Translations under genes and position numbers: made by a program
The notes under the pieces: generated by a model
What the model was told of the DNA's origin: nothing
Databases searched by the model: none
What the model saw: the letters and a program-made list of their open reading frames with translations, nothing else
Assembly (NCBI GenBank): GCA_035289845.1
Contig: DATDWB010000028.1
Location: 4,662-68,661, forward strand
DNA length: 64,000 nucleotides
Direction: 5' to 3'
Origin: Candidatus Nanoarchaeia archaeon
Lineage (GTDB): Archaea; Nanobdellota; Nanobdellia; Woesearchaeales; GW2011-AR9
Part shown: piece after piece, positions 58,803 to 64,000 of the stretch
Layout: each line of letters begins with the position of its first letter
Numbering within the stretch: the first letter of the stretch is position 1

Positions 58803-59483
58803 ATGCACCTTGGAATAATTATGGATGGCAACCGCCGCTGGGCGCAGGAAAGGGGATTACCTTCCTGGAAAGGCCATGAAGCGGGGGCGGAAGTACTAAG
58901 AAATTTACCCCAGTGGGCCAAAGAATTAGGGATTAAGGAATTTACCCTGTTTGTATTCTCGATGCAGAACTTTGAGCGCAATCCAAATGAAGTAAAATTT
59001 TTAATGAAGCTGGCTTCTAAGTTTTTTAAACAATTGCTTAAAAATAAAGAATACATGAGCCAGGTAAGGATTAACTTTATCGGCCAATTGCAGCGTTTTG
59101 ATAAAAATATTCAAGCCTTGCAGCAAGAGTTAATTCGAAAGACACAGAAAAATACTCATTTGAAAGTTAATTTTGCCATGGGTTATGGCGGACGGGAAGA
59201 AATTGTAGATGGGATTAAGAAAGTTATGGATGAGTTCAAGAAAGGAAAAATTGTCAAAAAGGATATTACGGTTGAGTCCTTTTCCCAATATCTTTATTTA
59301 CAAAGCGAACCCGATTTGATCATCCGCACCAGCGGAGAGAAGAGAACATCTAATTTTTTGATTTGGCAGTCTTGGTACAGCGAATGGTTCTTTTTGGATA
59401 AGTACTGGCCGGAGGTTGTTAAGGAAGATTTGAAAAAGGTGCTGCAGGAATTTAAGGGAAGAGAGAGAAGGTTTGGGAAATGA
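58803..59483 (+). CDS. uppS: Undecaprenyl (di-trans,poly-cis-polyprenyl) diphosphate synthase
   Basis: HLGIIMDGNRRWA and the RTSGE...SNFL motifs. Confidence 0.9.
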   Translation: MHLGIIMDGNRRWAQERGLPSWKGHEAGAEVLRNLPQWAKELGIKEFTLFVFSMQNFERNPNEVKFLMKLASKFFKQLLKNKEYMSQVRINFIGQLQRFDKNIQALQQELIRKTQKNTHLKVNFAMGYGGREEIVDGIKKVMDEFKKGKIVKKDITVESFSQYLYLQSEPDLIIRTSGEKRTSNFLIWQSWYSEWFFLDKYWPEVVKEDLKKVLQEFKGRERRFGK

Positions 59484-59487
59484 TTGA

Positions 59488-60144
59488 TTAGAATGCGTTC
59501 TTAAGTTCTAGTTTGATGATAATTGAAAATGATTCCATTCCTTGGTTGGGGTCAATATCTGCAATATAGACCACTATTTTTTGATTGATCGGGATGGAAA
59601 AACTTTGTCCCTTCTGCCTGCTAATGCTCATAGCAGGCATAAGTATTCCAATATCATTAATTCCAATATTGGTAAGGGTTGCAAATTCTAGGCTGCTAGC
59701 ACTAATTTCAACATGCTTCCTGGAAAAATGTGCAGAAAGACCTGGGATATTATCCCGGCCTAAGATTAAAGGTTCTTTTTTCTTAAGTTCAAATGATTGG
59801 GTATTTTCACCAGGAGATTTTACAATTACCGTGAAAACTTGTTTCATAATCACCGCCTTATCCTCACTCTTTTCCAATTCTTGGGATACGGCAGTTATCT
59901 TTTTTAACTCTGCCCGCATCAGGTTCAAATCTTTAAGAATTCCCTGCGCCCGCAAATGGACGTTTTTGGCAAGGATAGGTTTCTTGCTCTTTTTTAGCAT
60001 TTCCACAGCATTCTTGAATTCATTCATTTTAGGAAGAAGATCATTAAATATAACTGTTAATTCGCTTAATCTTTTGACAATAATATCTATTTCTTTGTCG
60101 GCTAGTTTTTGCCAGGCTTCCGGACTCTTATTAAAAAAACTCAT
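59488..60144 (-). CDS. FHA-domain protein
   Basis: C-terminal LILGRDNIPGLSAHFSRKHVEI ... NIGIND matches the FHA G-R/S-R-x-H/N pattern. Confidence 0.6.
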   Translation of the reverse strand: MSFFNKSPEAWQKLADKEIDIIVKRLSELTVIFNDLLPKMNEFKNAVEMLKKSKKPILAKNVHLRAQGILKDLNLMRAELKKITAVSQELEKSEDKAVIMKQVFTVIVKSPGENTQSFELKKKEPLILGRDNIPGLSAHFSRKHVEISASSLEFATLTNIGINDIGILMPAMSISRQKGQSFSIPINQKIVVYIADIDPNQGMESFSIIIKLELKNAF

Positions 60145-60199
60145 AACTCTGGAAAATTTAGAAAGTATTTATTGTTTTCTATACTAAAAATAACACCAC

Positions 60200-60691
60200 T
60201 CATCCTTTAATCTGAAACTCAAAGGCATTAGTATCGCTGATAAAAATTTGGTAAACTTTGGGAGAAAATGGATCTACTTCTAATTCCTGGTCCTTACGCA
60301 GTGATCCACGGACAGAATTGGCAACAACTACTTGTATGGGGATGCTCCCGGTATTCTTAATGAAGCCTTTACGATTGCGCAAGTGAACCACCACTTGCCG
60401 TCCATAAACTGTATCCGGCAGGTTAGGCCAGGTATCGCGTCCTAAACTTACTGGTTCATTAGAAGACAGGCTGAATTTTCGGCTTATACCCCCTTTAGCA
60501 GAAGCTTCCACTGAAAATCGAATTCCAGACGAGGAATAAGACCTATCCATGTTTTCTTGCACAGCTGAACTTTTAGAATTATTCGGATTATTTAGAACTA
60601 TTCGTTTTTGCCCTAATCCTGGTTCGAGGTGGCTAGAGGGGTTGTATTTATCACTATCCCACCCCTTAGGGGTGTTCTTAACTAAAACCAT
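60200..60691 (-). CDS. FHA-like domain protein
   Basis: VSLGRDTWPNLPDTVYGRQVVVH...IKNTGS is an FHA-like core. Tandem with the previous gene. Confidence 0.45.
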   Translation of the reverse strand: MVLVKNTPKGWDSDKYNPSSHLEPGLGQKRIVLNNPNNSKSSAVQENMDRSYSSSGIRFSVEASAKGGISRKFSLSSNEPVSLGRDTWPNLPDTVYGRQVVVHLRNRKGFIKNTGSIPIQVVVANSVRGSLRKDQELEVDPFSPKVYQIFISDTNAFEFQIKG

Positions 60692-60870
60692 ATGGTTTTT
60701 AGAGTTTTTGAATATAAATAATTTGTGGCGGTACAGGATATTTCTGCGTTAATTTGTACATGACAAAGGTTTTAGTGGAATAGCTCTTTCTACTAAGCTT
60801 AGGAGGTAGTGTTTAAACATTAGTCTGCGTTATGCAAAACAATATAAAATTTAACTACGATTAACTTAAT

Positions 60871-62715
60871 ATGGCTATAATTAAGCTGCTAAGTGAAGAA
60901 ATAATCAATAAAATTGCTGCCGGGGAAGTAATTGAAAGGCCAGCTTCAGTAGTAAAGGAATTAATTGAAAATTCGTTAGATGCGGGTGCTGGCAGTATTA
61001 GGGTGGAAATTAAAAATTCAGGCCAAGATTTGATAAAAGTAACCGATGACGGGCAGGGAATGGATGAAGAAGATGCCCGGAATTCAATTCTTCCCCATGC
61101 CACCAGCAAATTAGCTTCAGTAGAAGATTTGTATTCCCTTCAAACCCTGGGTTTTAGGGGAGAAGCCTTAGCCAGCATTGCGGCAGTTTCTCAGCTGGCT
61201 ATAATTACCAAACCTAAGGGTAAATTGGAAGGATTTAATTTGGTAGCAGAAGGCGGTTCTATGGTCAGTTGCGGCATAATTGCCGCAGATCAAGGTACAA
61301 CCGTGGAGGTAAGAAATTTATTTTATAACACTCCCGCCAGGAAAAAATTTCTAAAAACTGAAGCAGTAGAATTGAGGCATATTATTGAAGTGCTAACTCA
61401 CTATGCCTTGTTTAATAACCATATAGCATTTAAATTGATTCATGATAATCACCAATTAATAAATTCTCCAGCTTTGATTGACATGCGGGATAACATCGCT
61501 TCAATTTATGGCATAGGTTTGGCTAAAGATTTATTGGAGGTTAATTATAAAGATGAAGGAGTAATAGTCAGCGGCTATGTGGCTAAACCCAGCCGAGCCA
61601 GGAATGACAAATCTCAGCAAGCTTTATTTGTCAATGGAAGGTGGGTTAAAAATAATGATATTAATAAAGCGGTCTATGAGGCTTTTCATTCTTTATTAAT
61701 GGTAGGAAAACATCCCATTTTTGTGCTTTCAATTACCATTAATCCCCAAAAGATTGATGTTAATGTACACCCCCAAAAATTAGAAATTAAATTTGAACAA
61801 ACTGAGAAAGTTTTTTCAGCGGCATTTAATTCGGTTCGAGAATCTCTGCAGCGGAATAATTTAATCCCCATTGTAGATGAAATCTACCCTCAGTTTAATA
61901 TAGGTTTGGGCAAGAATATTTTTAAATATAATTTTGAAAGAAGCACCCAAACTATTTTTCCTTCAGAAAACAATCTATCACCAACAGAAGATTCTTTAAC
62001 TTGGGCCGGAGTGAATCCGCTGCTGTTGGGTGAAGAGATAAATAGCCATAATAATGACTCTGATGTTTTTAAGGATGCAGCTGCAGTCATACAATCTAAC
62101 AACCATCATCTGTCTAGTAAAGAGTTCTCTCCCATTTTTTTCCCTAGTATGAAAATATTGGGGCAAATCCATAAAACTTTCTTTGCAGCGGAAACGGAAG
62201 GCGGAGTGTTCTTTCTAGATCAACACGCAGTCCACGAACGTATTTTATATGAAAAATTTATGAATCAATTTATGAATTCTGAAGTCAAGATCCAAAGTTT
62301 GCTTCAAGGGGAAATAATAAATTTTACTCCGGCAGAGAAAATTTTGGTGTTGGAACATAAAACTGAATTGAGCCGGTTGGGATTTAATTTGGAGGAATTC
62401 GGTGATTCTACTTTTGTCATTAAAACTGTACCTTTAATCTTTGGCCGGTTGCAGCATTCGCAGACTATCCAGGAAGTAGTGAGCACCTTGCTGGAAAAAC
62501 AAAATAGCATTGAAATGTTAAAAGAGGAAATAATCACCCGAATGGCCTGCCGGGCGGCAGTCATGGCGGGGGAGGAATTAACAGTATCGAGATTTGAAAC
62601 TTTGGTGCAGGAATTGTCCTTAACCAGACTGCCCTATACCTGTCCTCACGGACGCCCCTCATTGTTTAAAATTACCAGCGAAGAGCTGGAAAAAAAGTTT
62701 AAGAGGAGAGGGTGA
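60871..62715 (+). CDS. mutL: DNA mismatch repair protein MutL
   Basis: GHKL ATPase N-terminus (ELIENSLDAGA, GFRGEAL). C-terminal dimerisation/endonuclease domain. 614 aa. Confidence 0.9.
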   Translation: MAIIKLLSEEIINKIAAGEVIERPASVVKELIENSLDAGAGSIRVEIKNSGQDLIKVTDDGQGMDEEDARNSILPHATSKLASVEDLYSLQTLGFRGEALASIAAVSQLAIITKPKGKLEGFNLVAEGGSMVSCGIIAADQGTTVEVRNLFYNTPARKKFLKTEAVELRHIIEVLTHYALFNNHIAFKLIHDNHQLINSPALIDMRDNIASIYGIGLAKDLLEVNYKDEGVIVSGYVAKPSRARNDKSQQALFVNGRWVKNNDINKAVYEAFHSLLMVGKHPIFVLSITINPQKIDVNVHPQKLEIKFEQTEKVFSAAFNSVRESLQRNNLIPIVDEIYPQFNIGLGKNIFKYNFERSTQTIFPSENNLSPTEDSLTWAGVNPLLLGEEINSHNNDSDVFKDAAAVIQSNNHHLSSKEFSPIFFPSMKILGQIHKTFFAAETEGGVFFLDQHAVHERILYEKFMNQFMNSEVKIQSLLQGEIINFTPAEKILVLEHKTELSRLGFNLEEFGDSTFVIKTVPLIFGRLQHSQTIQEVVSTLLEKQNSIEMLKEEIITRMACRAAVMAGEELTVSRFETLVQELSLTRLPYTCPHGRPSLFKITSEELEKKFKRRG

Positions 62716-62861
62716 AGTGTTATACCAGATTTAGTACTTATCCTAATCTTAAGGCGGTGACCACAACAGCCAGAGCCTTTACCACCGAAACATTTAAAAA
62801 TTAGCAGACTTTTATAGCTAAAACAAGAGGTTTAGATAAAAATAATTCTTGGTGTATAAGT

Positions 62862-63500
62862 ATGGAAGAAAGATTAAAAACTGGTACAACCACCATAGGT
62901 ATGGTCTGTAAAGATGGTGTAGTCTTGGCAGCGGATATGCGGGCTACAGCCGGAAATATGATTGTAGATAAAAGAGCGGAAAAGGTTCACGTTCTTACGG
63001 ATGATTTTGCAGTTACCATTGCAGGTGTAGTTTCAGATGCTCAATTATTGATCAAATTAGTTCGAGCGGAATTAAAACTAAAAGAAGTTCGGACTTATAA
63101 ACGGCCAACTTCCAAGGAAGCAGCTAACTTATTAGGCGGTTTATTATATTCTAATATCCGCCGGATGAGTATGATGCCGGGTATTGCCCATTTCTTGTTG
63201 GGAGGAAAGGATGTGTCCGGAGTTTACTTGTATGATTTATTTCCAGATGGGAGCGTAACTAAGATTAGAGATTATGTTTCTTCAGGTTCGGGATCAGTGT
63301 TTGCCTACGGTGTTCTAGAAACTCATTATAAACCGGAGATTACAGTGGCAGAAGGGGTTAAATTAGCAGTTAAAGCCGTTAATACTGCCTTGCAAAGAGA
63401 TAGTGCCTCAGGTAACGGGGTAGACGTAATAGTGATTAATGATAAGGAAATAAAACGAGTAATGCATAAAGAAGTAGAAATGAGCTTGTACAGCTCCTAA
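62862..63500 (+). CDS. psmB: Proteasome beta subunit (propeptide + Thr1 active site)
   Basis: MEERLKTG/TTTIGMVCKDGVVLAADMRAT. 212 aa. Confidence 0.92.
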   Translation: MEERLKTGTTTIGMVCKDGVVLAADMRATAGNMIVDKRAEKVHVLTDDFAVTIAGVVSDAQLLIKLVRAELKLKEVRTYKRPTSKEAANLLGGLLYSNIRRMSMMPGIAHFLLGGKDVSGVYLYDLFPDGSVTKIRDYVSSGSGSVFAYGVLETHYKPEITVAEGVKLAVKAVNTALQRDSASGNGVDVIVINDKEIKRVMHKEVEMSLYSS

Positions 63501-63609
63501 ATACAGCACCTAAATTTTAGGTAATCTAAATTTTAGTTAATGATAGGGGTATTTTTTTAGAATCGAGTAAATAATCTGATTAAATTTAATTAAAGGAGTT
63601 TTAACTACA

Positions 63610-64000
63610 ATGGCTGATATATTAAAAGAAATTATAAAAGTATTACCGGAAGGTAAGATAGCAGATGCTGCCTTTGAAGGAGCAAATATTGTGCTTTATA
63701 CTAAGGATAAAAATTATTTTCTAGATAACGAAGGCTCGATTAGGGAAGCAGTTAAGCAGTTTAAAAAGCGAATCGAGCTGCGTCCAGATCCATCAATGTG
63801 TATGGAAGTTGAAAAAGCGGAGAAAGAAATCCGTAAAATTGTACCTGAAGATGCGGGATTAAAAGAAGTTATTTTTGATCCTCCCAGATCGCAGGTTATA
63901 ATGCATGCCGAGAAACCGGGGCAGGTAATTGGAAAAAAAGGGGAAATATTAAGAGAGATAGCTCAAAAGACCATGTGGGTAGCTTTTGTTAAACGAATTC
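63610..64000 (+). CDS. aCPSF1/FttA-like beta-CASP ribonuclease, N-terminal KH-domain part (3' end lies outside the window)
   Basis: N-terminus ILKEIIKVLPEG...FEGANIVLYTK...RIELRPDPS matches the KH-domain N-terminus of archaeal CPSF1. Open at the window edge. Confidence 0.55.
   Translation, partial: MADILKEIIKVLPEGKIADAAFEGANIVLYTKDKNYFLDNEGSIREAVKQFKKRIELRPDPSMCMEVEKAEKEIRKIVPEDAGLKEVIFDPPRSQVIMHAEKPGQVIGKKGEILREIAQKTMWVAFVKRI

Noticed and set aside
1-64000. CRISPR arrays and rRNA genes
   Set aside because: No regularly spaced direct repeats and no rRNA-like conserved segments observed anywhere in the window.

Overview
AT-rich (~33% GC) archaeal chromosomal segment. The archaeal assignment rests on the PAN ATPase, proteasome alpha/beta subunits, the Pop5-psmA-SBDS-Rrp4-Rrp41-Rrp42-RpoK cluster, the L44e-S27e-aIF2alpha-Nop10 cluster, Orc1/Cdc6, RFC large subunit, XPD, Pth2, and archaeal-type GlyRS and SerS. 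Genes use strong GGAGGT-like Shine-Dalgarno sites and frequent GTG/TTG starts. Interleaved with the housekeeping genes are several accessory insertions of higher GC. The first is a diversity-generating retroelement (DGR): a 482-aa target protein with a C-terminal variable repeat, an AAY-codon-rich template repeat, and a DGR-type reverse transcriptase that is interrupted. It is followed by a HEPN-MNT toxin-antitoxin pair. The second is an operon encoding a J-domain-Ser/Thr kinase fusion and a vWA protein. The third is a small membrane protein of foreign GC. Other notable features: a family of perfectly conserved palindromic MITE-like repeats (AGAGAAGTTTGC...GCAAACTTCTCT) at four loci, including a tandem array; an extracytoplasmic disulfide cluster (VKOR-thioredoxin fusion, CcdA/DsbD, glutaredoxin); two tiny lysine-rich basic proteins; a 630-nt structured GC-rich intergenic region likely encoding ncRNA; and a complete pstSCAB-phoU locus whose pstB appears to start at a non-canonical ATT codon. 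I found no rRNA, no convincing tRNA and no CRISPR array.
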